Positions 9,504 through 17,570 of a stretch of 39,105 bases of DNA are shown one piece after another (within the stretch, counting starts at the first letter, position 1; each line of letters starts with the position of its first letter). Source of the DNA: Planctomycetota bacterium (GTDB lineage: Bacteria; Planctomycetota; JADGBV01). The notes below the pieces were generated by a model. It was not told the origin of the DNA. It saw nothing but the letters and a program-made list of their open reading frames with translations, and did not search any database. Both the position numbers and the translations under genes were made by a program. The stretch spans positions 1 to 39,105 of the forward strand of contig JADGBV010000002.1 of the NCBI GenBank assembly GCA_015231345.1, given 5' to 3'.

Positions 9504-10604
9504 TTAGAGCTCCATGCCTGGAAGGCCGGATTCTAGTGTGTCTGGGTGGTAGGGATCCATGTCGCGAGGCTTAATGCTCCAGATATTCTGGAAACCGTTT
9601 TGCATTGAAACATAAAAGACTCTGCCATCTTTTGCCCAGATTGGGTTCCAATCAGGAGCGCCATCATTAGTAAGACGGATTAAGTGTGTGCCATCCACTG
9701 AAATAGTAAAGATGTCATCACCAGCGTAAGCGCCATTTTCGTAAATACTTTTATTGATAGCGCCAAAAATAATTTTTCGGCCATCGGGGCTCCAGTTTGG
9801 AGTGACAGCTGCCCAGTTATTATTTGAAATGATTTCGCTGATATTTTCTGTGCGTAAGTCGAGTAGCCAAATGGAGAACCACTGAGGAGATCGAGATCTT
9901 GGTCTTTGAAAGACTAATTTCGTGCCATCAGGTGAAAATTTTGGGAAAAGACCTGGTCCGTAAATTTTCTCTTGCTGAGTTTTGAGGTTCATGGTCGCTA
10001 TTTCCCAGTGAGATTTGCGCGGGATCCATGTGACGTAGGTGATGTGTCTGCCATCTGGGCTATAACATGGCTGCTCGTTAATGCGGCCATTGCTGACGAT
10101 TTCAGTTTCGATAGAGCCACTGTGGAGGAAAGACGTTTCGTAAATATTCCATTTGCCTTCTTTATTAGAAGCGTAAATGACACGGCTTCCATCGGGGCTC
10201 AGCTGCGGTTGTTTTTCGCTAGCGTATGGAGTGTGCGTGACTTGAGTGACAACTTTGCTGTTGGCGTCTTTAATAAAGACATCTGAGGTTTCAGAGATAC
10301 GTGTGGAGGCAAAAAGAATTCTTTTGCCATCACTTGTAATGAAGGGGTCAAAGTCTTTGCCCACTTCGGAAAAGGTATGCCTGACTTGTTCGCTATATAC
10401 GTCACCAGCCGGGGTAGGGCTTGGGTTTCCGTATAAATCAGGGCGAACCCCTGGGCCTCGGTCAGCTTCTGTAGGATTGGTGTCCTGTGTGACTTGGCAG
10501 CCGGAAAAAAATGTGGGAAGCAATGCCAACCCCGCGGCACATAATAGTTTGCGTCCGTACAAAACAGGTCTCCTGTAGATGATTAAGTTGAGAATTTTCG
10601 CCAA
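9504..10604 (-). CDS. TolB-like WD40/PD40 beta-propeller lipoprotein
   Basis: Repeated P-x-[FWY]SPDG units (PQLSPDG, PCYSPDG, PKFSPDG, PNWSPDG, PIWAKDG); lipobox FFSG-C; exact start uncertain. Confidence 0.85.
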   Translation of the reverse strand: MAKILNLIIYRRPVLYGRKLLCAAGLALLPTFFSGCQVTQDTNPTEADRGPGVRPDLYGNPSPTPAGDVYSEQVRHTFSEVGKDFDPFITSDGKRILFASTRISETSDVFIKDANSKVVTQVTHTPYASEKQPQLSPDGSRVIYASNKEGKWNIYETSFLHSGSIETEIVSNGRINEQPCYSPDGRHITYVTWIPRKSHWEIATMNLKTQQEKIYGPGLFPKFSPDGTKLVFQRPRSRSPQWFSIWLLDLRTENISEIISNNNWAAVTPNWSPDGRKIIFGAINKSIYENGAYAGDDIFTISVDGTHLIRLTNDGAPDWNPIWAKDGRVFYVSMQNGFQNIWSIKPRDMDPYHPDTLESGLPGMEL

Positions 10605-10759
10605 TTCTATAAGCCGATGTCAGATTCAAAGTATTTTAAAGGGAACTATTTGGTTTTTTTTTATTTGTGTTCTGTGGTTTAGAAAATGGCGAGGAATAAA
10701 AAGGGAAATCCCAGATGTGTGTTTGGGTGATTTGAATTGATAAGTCGAGAAATTTGAGC

Positions 10760-11797
10760 TTATAAATCGAGAAGGTAGAGAGGCCCTTCAAGCATGAAAG
10801 GAGCTGTGCTGCCTATTAAAGGGATGCTCGGGGAGGCGTTGAATCCTTCGAACATTTCCATCCATTCGGGTTTTTGCTTGTAGCGCTTGATATCGCACTC
10901 TAGGTTGATGCGTTTTCGAAGAGCTTCGTAGCAATCTTCGATACTGCCGATTTCGTCGATGAGTCCAAACTTTTTCGCTTTGTCCGCAAGAAAGAAAGAG
11001 CCTTGAAGGTTCACTATGTCCTCTTTGTTGACTCGCTCGCCTCTTCCACTGACCACAATATCAACAAAACGATCGAAAAGTCCATCGATGGTGTCTTGGA
11101 GGAGCTTGTCTTCTTCTGGACTTGTATCGCGCATGCCACTGCCCATATCTTTTAGTTTTCCTGATTGGTAGTTCCTGCTTTCGACGCCAATTTTATCCAT
11201 CAGATTTTTGACTTTGAGTCCTCCCATAATAACCCCAATGCTTCCTGTGATGCAGGTTGGTGAGGCATAAATTATATCTGACCCTGCTGAGCAGTAGACT
11301 CCCCCGCTTGCGGCCATGCTTTCATAAAAAGAAAAAATGGGGATGTTTTTTCTTTTTTTAAAGCGTTCAAGAATCTGATACATGCGATCGCAAGCGCTCA
11401 CCTCGCCGCCGGGGCTATTAATGCGTAGCAGGATTGCAGCGACTTGAGGGTCCTCTTCGGCAACATCGAGATCAGATAAGAATCTGTCGTAAGCACTTTT
11501 CTGCTGCTCAAATAAGTCTTTTGGAGCTTTTCTGGTGATGATGCCATCTACGGGAATTTCTAAGATGATTTGCTTGAGTGGGTTTGATGATGCGCTGCCT
11601 TCATCGATGATGGTTGTATTTTGCTTTTTATTGATTTTTGGCGCGTTGGCTGCGCCAATAATTGTCAGTGCAATAAGAGGTATGAAGAGGCACATGAAAA
11701 GGATGAGGTTGCTGAGTTGCCATAGAAAAATAATGCGTATGGCTTTGCCAATTGATTCGAGCATGGTTGATTGGTTGGAATATGATATAAAAACCAT
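10760..11797 (-). CDS. sppA: Signal peptide peptidase SppA (S49, 36K type)
   Basis: LRINSPGG, MAASGGVY, ITGSIGVI and SGKLKD; N-terminal TM segment. Confidence 0.92.
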   Translation of the reverse strand: MVFISYSNQSTMLESIGKAIRIIFLWQLSNLILFMCLFIPLIALTIIGAANAPKINKKQNTTIIDEGSASSNPLKQIILEIPVDGIITRKAPKDLFEQQKSAYDRFLSDLDVAEEDPQVAAILLRINSPGGEVSACDRMYQILERFKKRKNIPIFSFYESMAASGGVYCSAGSDIIYASPTCITGSIGVIMGGLKVKNLMDKIGVESRNYQSGKLKDMGSGMRDTSPEEDKLLQDTIDGLFDRFVDIVVSGRGERVNKEDIVNLQGSFFLADKAKKFGLIDEIGSIEDCYEALRKRINLECDIKRYKQKPEWMEMFEGFNASPSIPLIGSTAPFMLEGPLYLLDL

Positions 11798-11853
11798 ACC
11801 TTATGTCAGGTCATAGGCTGGCAAGAGGCGGGACTTGATTGGGCGAGACTCTT

Positions 11854-12339
11854 TTATAGGTCTTTGTTGTCGAGGTGGGCTTGCTTTATGGCCTTGGGTA
11901 AAGTGGCCCAGCTGTTTCCTAGCCAAAAAGCATCTCTTTCGTGTTGCGTGATATTCTTTGGGAGTTTATGCGCTCTGGCGAGCAGATTCGCCTGGTCTTT
12001 GCCGAAGCCCGGTAGCCAAGCTAAATGCACTGGGCAGCTCAGTGTTGATCTACAGACTCCGTAGATCATACCTTTGGCTATATTGAGCTTCTGGGCAGAG
12101 GCGTGAGAGCTGTTGTTGTTGCGTGCGAAAAAACGAGTATGCTCTATAATGATCTCAGAGGCCTCAGGGTACTTTCTTAGCTCATCCTGAAGCTCCATAA
12201 AAAGAGCGTTTAATTTTGCTAAAGTATTTCCTTTGAGCGCCTTTTTGGGAGTGATATGCCTTGAGCTCACGAAGCTTCCGTCAGATTTTAAGGAAGCAAA
12301 ACCAATGTGGTTTATGGATGGATCTATGGCTATGATCAA
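11854..12339 (-). CDS. RuvC-like Holliday-junction resolvase (RNase H fold), divergent
   Basis: IIAIDP (D6), IIIE (E66) and HERDA (H133/D136) mirror the RuvC catalytic tetrad; 161 aa. Confidence 0.65.
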   Translation of the reverse strand: MIIAIDPSINHIGFASLKSDGSFVSSRHITPKKALKGNTLAKLNALFMELQDELRKYPEASEIIIEHTRFFARNNNSSHASAQKLNIAKGMIYGVCRSTLSCPVHLAWLPGFGKDQANLLARAHKLPKNITQHERDAFWLGNSWATLPKAIKQAHLDNKDL

Positions 12340-12369
12340 AATGTCTTCGGCCAGGGATCCGAATGAAAG

Positions 12370-12443
12370 CGAGGATGAACGGGCTCGAACCGTCGACCTC
12401 CAGCGTGACAGGCTGGCGCTCTAACCAACTGAGCTACATCCCC
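12370..12443 (-). tRNA. tRNA-Asp(GTC); CCA not encoded
   Basis: Minus strand GGGGATGTAGCTCAGTTGGTTAGAGCGCCAGCCTGTCACGCTGGAGGTCGACGGTTCGAGCCCGTTCATCCTCG: full cloverleaf, anticodon GTC, T-loop GTTCGAG, discriminator G. Confidence 0.97.
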
Positions 12444-12449
12444 TGGATG

Positions 12450-12482
12450 CGCGGTATTGTTAAGCGGGACCCGTTTTGTCAA
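12450..12482 (-). promoter_or_regulatory. Possible sigma70 promoter of tRNA-Asp
   Basis: Perfect TTGACA at 12482-12477, a weak -10 (AACAAT/CAATAC) and a GC-rich CCGCGC discriminator before the tRNA. Confidence 0.4.
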
Positions 12483-12491
12483 GAGTCCCCC

Positions 12492-13124
12492 TTATATTTT
12501 TTTTGGCGATGTGACCCACTGGCAAATGGGGCATTTCTTTGCGTCATGTTGTCGGGCTGGACAGTATTCACGGCCAAAGTAAATAATTTGCAAATGAAGT
12601 TTTTCCCATTTAGATTCAGGAAAGCATTTTTTAAAATCCTTTTCAGTTTGCACGACATTGCTGCCCTTGCTCAGTTTCCATCTATGCATTAGGCGATGGA
12701 TATGGGTGTCGATGGGGGCGGTGGGGATTTGAAATGCGTGGGATAATACAACTGAAGCTGTTTTGTGCCCTACGCCAGGCAATTCTTCTAGCTCCTCAAA
12801 TGTTTGTGGAACTATGCTATTGTGCTTCTCTACAAGAATTTCGCTTAATTTGAGGATGTTTTTGGCCTTAGAAGGAGCGAGTCCGCAGCTCTTAATGGCT
12901 CCTAGGATTTCGCTCACTTCTAATTGACTCATTTTCTGCGGGGTATCGGCTAAAGCAAATAGGCCTGGTGTGACTATATTGACCCGTTTATCAGTGCACT
13001 GAGCACTTAATAGTACTGCAATAAGTAGTGTGTAGGGGTCTTGGTGGTCCAGAGGAATAGGGGGCTCGGGGTAGAGTTCTTCCAATATGCCAATGATTTT
13101 ATTGATGCGTTCTTGCTTTTTCAT
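12492..13124 (-). CDS. nth: Endonuclease III
   Basis: LLIAVLLSAQCTD, HhH LPGVGHKTA, IDTHIHR and Fe-S motif C-X8-C-X2-C region GREYCPARQHDAKKCPIC (His in place of the second Cys). Confidence 0.95.
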   Translation of the reverse strand: MKKQERINKIIGILEELYPEPPIPLDHQDPYTLLIAVLLSAQCTDKRVNIVTPGLFALADTPQKMSQLEVSEILGAIKSCGLAPSKAKNILKLSEILVEKHNSIVPQTFEELEELPGVGHKTASVVLSHAFQIPTAPIDTHIHRLMHRWKLSKGSNVVQTEKDFKKCFPESKWEKLHLQIIYFGREYCPARQHDAKKCPICQWVTSPKKI

Positions 13125-13211
13125 GTTATGTTGAGTGACTCTTGGCTAAGCTTATTGCTCTTCATGGTATGTTAAGTGATCTTAGCTGTGCCTTCTTGCC
13201 TATTCATGGTA

Positions 13212-14189
13212 TTAGTTGCGCCTTCTTTTTTTCTCGTCATCCATTTTAAATTTGCGGTAGTGATGGCGAAAGGAATCGAAACTCATGTCGAGGCTTGTGG
13301 CGCTTAGTGTTTGTTTCCAGTCATTCTTCACCAAGGTCTCTAAAATCAATTGGCGTTTATAGCCTTCGACTCTATCGTGGAAGCTGCCCACTTCCAACTC
13401 TTCGTTGACGCCTTGGATTTCAGGAGGTAAATCCGCTGGGCTAATGAGCTGACCACTGGGCCCAAGGTATAAGCGCTCGATGACATTTTTGAATTCTCTT
13501 AAATTCCCAGGCCAGTGATAGTCTACAAGCTGATCAATGCTATCGCGCTGAAATTTCTTTTGGGGAAGATCGGGTATTTCGACCTGTAGCTTTTGTACCA
13601 TAAAAGCGATTAGAGCTGGGATTTCATCTCTTCTTTGCCTGAGAGGTGGCATCGTTAGGGAGGCAAAACTGATGCGGTCGAGCAAGTCAGCTCTAAAATT
13701 CTGCTCTGCTGACATATCTTCCAATGGTGCATTAGTGGCGGAAATAAACCTTACATCTACTGTGATTTTATCCCTGCCTCCCACGCGTTCGAACTCTTGA
13801 TATTCGATAACGCGTAGAATGTTCTCCTGAAACTCCACAGGCATGTTGCCTATTTCGTCAAGAAAGAGAGTGCCTCCATGGGCTTGCTCCAGGCGGCCAA
13901 TTCGTCGGCTATCAGCTCCCGTAAAAGCCCCTCTTTCGTGGCCATAGAGTTCGGCACTTAAAAGCTCTTTTTGAAAGGCCGCACAGTTGATGGTGATAAA
14001 GGGCTTGTCCCTGCGTGGACTGTGGTGATGGATATAGCGGGCTAATAACTCTTTCCCCGTTCCCCTTTCACCCCTGATTAAAATAGCGCGGTTAAAAGCG
14101 GCAAAACGTCGAGCTGATTCTAATAGAGTAAGAATGCTTTCGCCTTTGGCCAGGCCTTGAAATCCTTCACTTAGGTTTTCGCTGCTCAT
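13212..14189 (-). CDS. pspF: Sigma54-dependent activator without N-terminal regulatory domain, PspF-like
   Basis: GERGTGKE Walker [42 protein letters not shown] and a C-terminal HTH; 325 aa. Confidence 0.8.
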   Translation of the reverse strand: MSSENLSEGFQGLAKGESILTLLESARRFAAFNRAILIRGERGTGKELLARYIHHHSPRRDKPFITINCAAFQKELLSAELYGHERGAFTGADSRRIGRLEQAHGGTLFLDEIGNMPVEFQENILRVIEYQEFERVGGRDKITVDVRFISATNAPLEDMSAEQNFRADLLDRISFASLTMPPLRQRRDEIPALIAFMVQKLQVEIPDLPQKKFQRDSIDQLVDYHWPGNLREFKNVIERLYLGPSGQLISPADLPPEIQGVNEELEVGSFHDRVEGYKRQLILETLVKNDWKQTLSATSLDMSFDSFRHHYRKFKMDDEKKRRRN

Positions 14190-14220
14190 GATGCGTGCAA
14201 AAATGCCGAGCTAGTTGGGC

Positions 14221-14667
14221 TTAGGGATTTTTATCCAGAATATCGACAGTTTGTTTTTTGGCCGAGTTGGCAATTTTCATGGCTTTGAGATTCGCTTCAT
14301 AAGACCTTGAAGCTTCAAGCATATGGACCATTTCACGCGGCATCTGAACATTGGGCTCAAAACGGTAGCCTTTTTCGTCCGATTCGGGGTGCTTGGGATC
14401 GTAAATTCGGTTCAGAGGCGCTTGGTTGTTTTGAATAGAATGAACAAGTACGCCTTGTTCATCTGGTTTATTTGGATTGATTTGTTGACTTTGAAAAAGG
14501 ACCTCTTTTCTGAGGTAAGGCGCAAATTCACCTTTCGCATTGCGTGTGGTGTGAATATTGGCCATGTTATTGGCAATGACATCCATGCGTATTCTTTGAG
14601 CAGCCAAGGCTGTAGCTGTGGTGCTAATAGGCTCGGATTTCACTAAATATGGTGGCAGGATCTTCAT
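14221..14667 (-). CDS. flgC: Flagellar basal-body rod protein FlgC
   Basis: AQRIRMDVIANNMAN, PYLRKEV, YDPKHP and PNV...EMVHMLEASRSYEAN. Confidence 0.93.
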   Translation of the reverse strand: MKILPPYLVKSEPISTTATALAAQRIRMDVIANNMANIHTTRNAKGEFAPYLRKEVLFQSQQINPNKPDEQGVLVHSIQNNQAPLNRIYDPKHPESDEKGYRFEPNVQMPREMVHMLEASRSYEANLKAMKIANSAKKQTVDILDKNP

Positions 14668-14725
14668 GGTTAACTATTATGCCCACAGCCCTAACAAGGC
14701 AAGGGCAATACACAAGGAGTTTTTT

Positions 14726-15631
14726 ATGAAAATTGCAGTTTTAGCTGGGGGCATTAGCCCAGAAAGAGAAGTGTCTTTAAGATCGGGTAAAGCTTGCTTT
14801 GATGCTTTAAAGCGCTTAAACCAAGAAGCTGTATTTATTGATTTTCAAGGAAGAGAACAACTTAATGAGCTATTAACATTTTCTCCGGACTTAGCTTTGC
14901 TGACAACTCATGGCTGCGGTGGCGAGGACGGTGCTATTCAGGGTATGCTAGATTGGCTGCAAATTCCCTATACGGGCTCCGGCTTAGCAGCCTCTGCTCT
15001 GTGCATGGACAAATATTTAAGTAAACTGATTTACAGGGAAACTAAGCTGAGAACAGCTCCTTTTTGTTTATATGAATCAGACTTAAATTTTCAGGCTCTC
15101 TGCGATGCGTGGTCTTGCTCGGCGCTTTTTATCAAACCTCGTTGGGGTGGAAGTAGTATTGGTGCTAAAAAAATCAATTCAGCTGAGGAGTTTTCAGAAC
15201 TCAAGATAGAAAAAGGCCAAGCCTTGCTGGAAGCTTTTGTCGCAGGACGAGAAATAACTGTTGGTTATTTGCAGCAGGGAGAAGGGTGGACTGTTTTGCC
15301 AGCCCTGGAATTGAGGTCAAAAAATGAGTTCTATGACTATGAAGCGAAATACACTAAAGGAATGACTGAATTTATATTGCCGGCCCCACTCGAGGCCATG
15401 CAGAAACAGGAAATTGAAGACGCGGGACTCAAAGCCATAGAGGCATGTGGTGTGAGTGCCTATTGCCGGGTTGATTTTCTGCTGAATGAAGAAGGTGCTC
15501 ATATTATGGAAATTAATACTTTGCCCGGAATGACAGAAACATCTGACTTGCCAGCGCAGGCAAAGCATGTGGGCATGAGCTTTGATGAATTAGTGAATTG
15601 TTTGGTTAAGAGTGCTGATGGAGGCGAATGA
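14726..15631 (+). CDS. ddl: D-alanine--D-alanine ligase
   Basis: Start moved to ATG 14726 (AAGGAG RBS); IAVLAGGISPEREVSLRSG, HGCGGEDG, GSSIG, FYDYEAKY and EINTLPGMT. Confidence 0.95.
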   Translation: MKIAVLAGGISPEREVSLRSGKACFDALKRLNQEAVFIDFQGREQLNELLTFSPDLALLTTHGCGGEDGAIQGMLDWLQIPYTGSGLAASALCMDKYLSKLIYRETKLRTAPFCLYESDLNFQALCDAWSCSALFIKPRWGGSSIGAKKINSAEEFSELKIEKGQALLEAFVAGREITVGYLQQGEGWTVLPALELRSKNEFYDYEAKYTKGMTEFILPAPLEAMQKQEIEDAGLKAIEACGVSAYCRVDFLLNEEGAHIMEINTLPGMTETSDLPAQAKHVGMSFDELVNCLVKSADGGE

Positions 15632-16083
15632 AAATGAATAATGATGCTAATAATATAAAGTGTATTGCTAAGTGCACTTCGATGAAGACTATTGCTAGGT
15701 ACACTTCACTCACTCTCCTTTTTGTTCTTCTCTCTCAGTCTAGCCAGAGCTTAGCACTCTTCGCGGAGGATTCTAGGAAAAGCTCAGTTAAACATCAGAC
15801 ATTGTACGAGGAAAAACTCTATGCCCTAGATATACTACGCGCAAAAGACTTAACCAGCGCCTGGGAGAGTTTGGTCAAGCATAAAGACAGAGACCATTAT
15901 ATAAGGGCTGTCTTTAAAAGCCCTCGCCGTGAAGTGCAAAAGCATGAACTGACTTTGCTAGAAAGACATGGCGCCTTAGTAAACCTCAAGTTCGTGGAGC
16001 TTGACGAAGACGACGAGTGGAAGATGTTAAGTATACGTGCTTCAGAGCTCGTTCAGCTGGAGCTCATTAAAAGACCGTGGTGA
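15628..16083 (+). CDS. Hypothetical exported protein (start 15628 or 15682)
   Basis: ATGA overlap with the ddl stop; hydrophobic signal-like segment LTLLFVLLSQSSQSLA. Confidence 0.6.
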   Translation: MKMNNDANNIKCIAKCTSMKTIARYTSLTLLFVLLSQSSQSLALFAEDSRKSSVKHQTLYEEKLYALDILRAKDLTSAWESLVKHKDRDHYIRAVFKSPRREVQKHELTLLERHGALVNLKFVELDEDDEWKMLSIRASELVQLELIKRPW

Positions 16084-16140
16084 TGATCCTTGGGGTGAAA
16101 ATAATCAGATAGCCTAAGGGTATACTGAGAATTACGAAAT

Positions 16141-17406
16141 TTATAAACTATCCTGCCCTGTATTATCAAGCACACTTTGCCAAAGTAATCCAGAGGGGTC
16201 AATTTTCTTGCGATCTTTAATGGCTCCTTCAATAGGAATGTGCACATAATGCCCACCCCAGAAACTAATAAGCATTTTGGTGCGTCCAGCCATGGCTGCG
16301 TGCACAGCGTGTTCTGCTAATTGAAAACAATAGCGTGAGTCATTGGCATTTGCGGGTGCACTACGAATAATATATGAGGGATCGATGTAGATTAAGCGAA
16401 CAGGCTCCCCTTTATTCTCGAAGTGTTCTGTTATAGAACCCTTCAGGAAAGTTCCAATATCACCGAACTTCTTGTTCCCAGAGGCATCCTGAGCGCCGTC
16501 TAATTCAAAATACTCCTGGCCAGCACCTTCTGCAACGACAATAACTACATGTGAGCTGTTTTTCAGCCGTTGGTCAATCATATGGTAGAGATTTTCAAGG
16601 CTAAGGGGAACCTCAGGAGTGAGAAGGATATTAACATCACTTGAGGCTAGTGTTGCATTAGCTGCAATAAAACCCGAATCCCTGCCCATTAGTTTTACTA
16701 GGCCAATACCTCTAAATGATGCTTTCGCTTCTTGATGAGCACATTTAATGGGGGTTTGACTCATTTCAACGGCCGTTTCAAAACCAAAAGTACGATCAAC
16801 CATTTTAATATCGTTATCGATGGTTTTGGGGATTCCGATAACCGATATGGGCAGATTTCTTTTCTCAATTTCTTCAGCAATTTCGAGAGAGCCACGTTGA
16901 GTTCCATCCCCTCCCAGAGCAAAAAGTATATTGATGTTATTGGCTTCTAGGTAATCAACGGTTTCGGGAACGGGCTGACTTCCCCTTGATGATCCCAAAA
17001 TCGAGCCGCCTTTTTGGTGAATGCCTTCAACAAATGAAGGAGTGAGCTCAAGGGGAGTGTGCCCATATGAAGGAATAAAGCCTTGATACCCGTATCTCAT
17101 TCCAAGAATACGCCTAATCTTGTATCGGTACCAAAGCACCATGGTCACCCCACGTATTACATCATTAAGTCCCGGGCACAATCCACCACAGGTAACAATG
17201 GCTGCCGTTGTTTCTTCCGGGTTAAAAAATAGTTTTTCGCGTGGCCCTGCTAGTTCAAATGAAGGCGGTGTGCTTCCCTCAAAATTCTTATGCTCCTTTA
17301 TCGTATTATGAACCAAGACTCCGTCAGAATTATCGACAAAAGTAGACGAACTGAGCGGTGAAGGAGTTGAGCAGGGGCCAAGGGTGCTGACACTGTACTT
17401 GTTCAT
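16141..17406 (-). CDS. pfkA: 6-phosphofructokinase, PPi-PFK-like clade, probably ATP-dependent
   Basis: VTCGGLCPGLNDVIR, GGSILGSSRG, GGDGT (G at the donor-specificity site), PKTIDND and MGRDSGFIA. Confidence 0.92.
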   Translation of the reverse strand: MNKYSVSTLGPCSTPSPLSSSTFVDNSDGVLVHNTIKEHKNFEGSTPPSFELAGPREKLFFNPEETTAAIVTCGGLCPGLNDVIRGVTMVLWYRYKIRRILGMRYGYQGFIPSYGHTPLELTPSFVEGIHQKGGSILGSSRGSQPVPETVDYLEANNINILFALGGDGTQRGSLEIAEEIEKRNLPISVIGIPKTIDNDIKMVDRTFGFETAVEMSQTPIKCAHQEAKASFRGIGLVKLMGRDSGFIAANATLASSDVNILLTPEVPLSLENLYHMIDQRLKNSSHVVIVVAEGAGQEYFELDGAQDASGNKKFGDIGTFLKGSITEHFENKGEPVRLIYIDPSYIIRSAPANANDSRYCFQLAEHAVHAAMAGRTKMLISFWGGHYVHIPIEGAIKDRKKIDPSGLLWQSVLDNTGQDSL

Positions 17407-17570
17407 ATGGCTAAGATTTTAAACACAAAGAAGAAACTATATAGCTTTCTTTTGAGTCGCAATCTGCTTCAAGAAAGAATAAGTGCCTTGAGTATAGGCT
17501 TAGAACTTAGAGGAAACGAATAGGCCTTTCTGCATTTGGCGGAACATAGAAAGTCCTATTCGATTTCAAT

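Noticed and set aside
11854-12443. Integrated element or TnpB/Cas12-like system at tRNA-Asp
   Set aside because: No integrase, duplicated tRNA 3' end, transposon ends or array seen; the protein is only 161 aa and flanked by housekeeping genes.
12363-12692. 109-aa plus-strand ORF (MKARMNGLEPSTSSVTGWRSNQLSY...)
   Set aside because: Antisense shadow of tRNA-Asp and nth.
14618-14725. N-terminal extension of ddl in the ORF track
   Set aside because: Overlaps flgC on the opposite strand; the RBS and family start point to ATG 14726.
14668-14725. Sigma54 or sigma28 promoter for flgC
   Set aside because: No correctly spaced GG-N10-GC or TAAA/GCCGAT pair found.
17404-17414. CATATGGCTAA at the pfk start resembling an operator half-site
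   Set aside because: No second arm and partly explained by the start codon; probably chance.
17407-17570. Genomic-island boundary between pfk and the sulfatase array
   Set aside because: Gene content changes sharply, but I see no direct repeats or mobility genes and could not compute composition; a sliding GC/tetranucleotide analysis would be needed.
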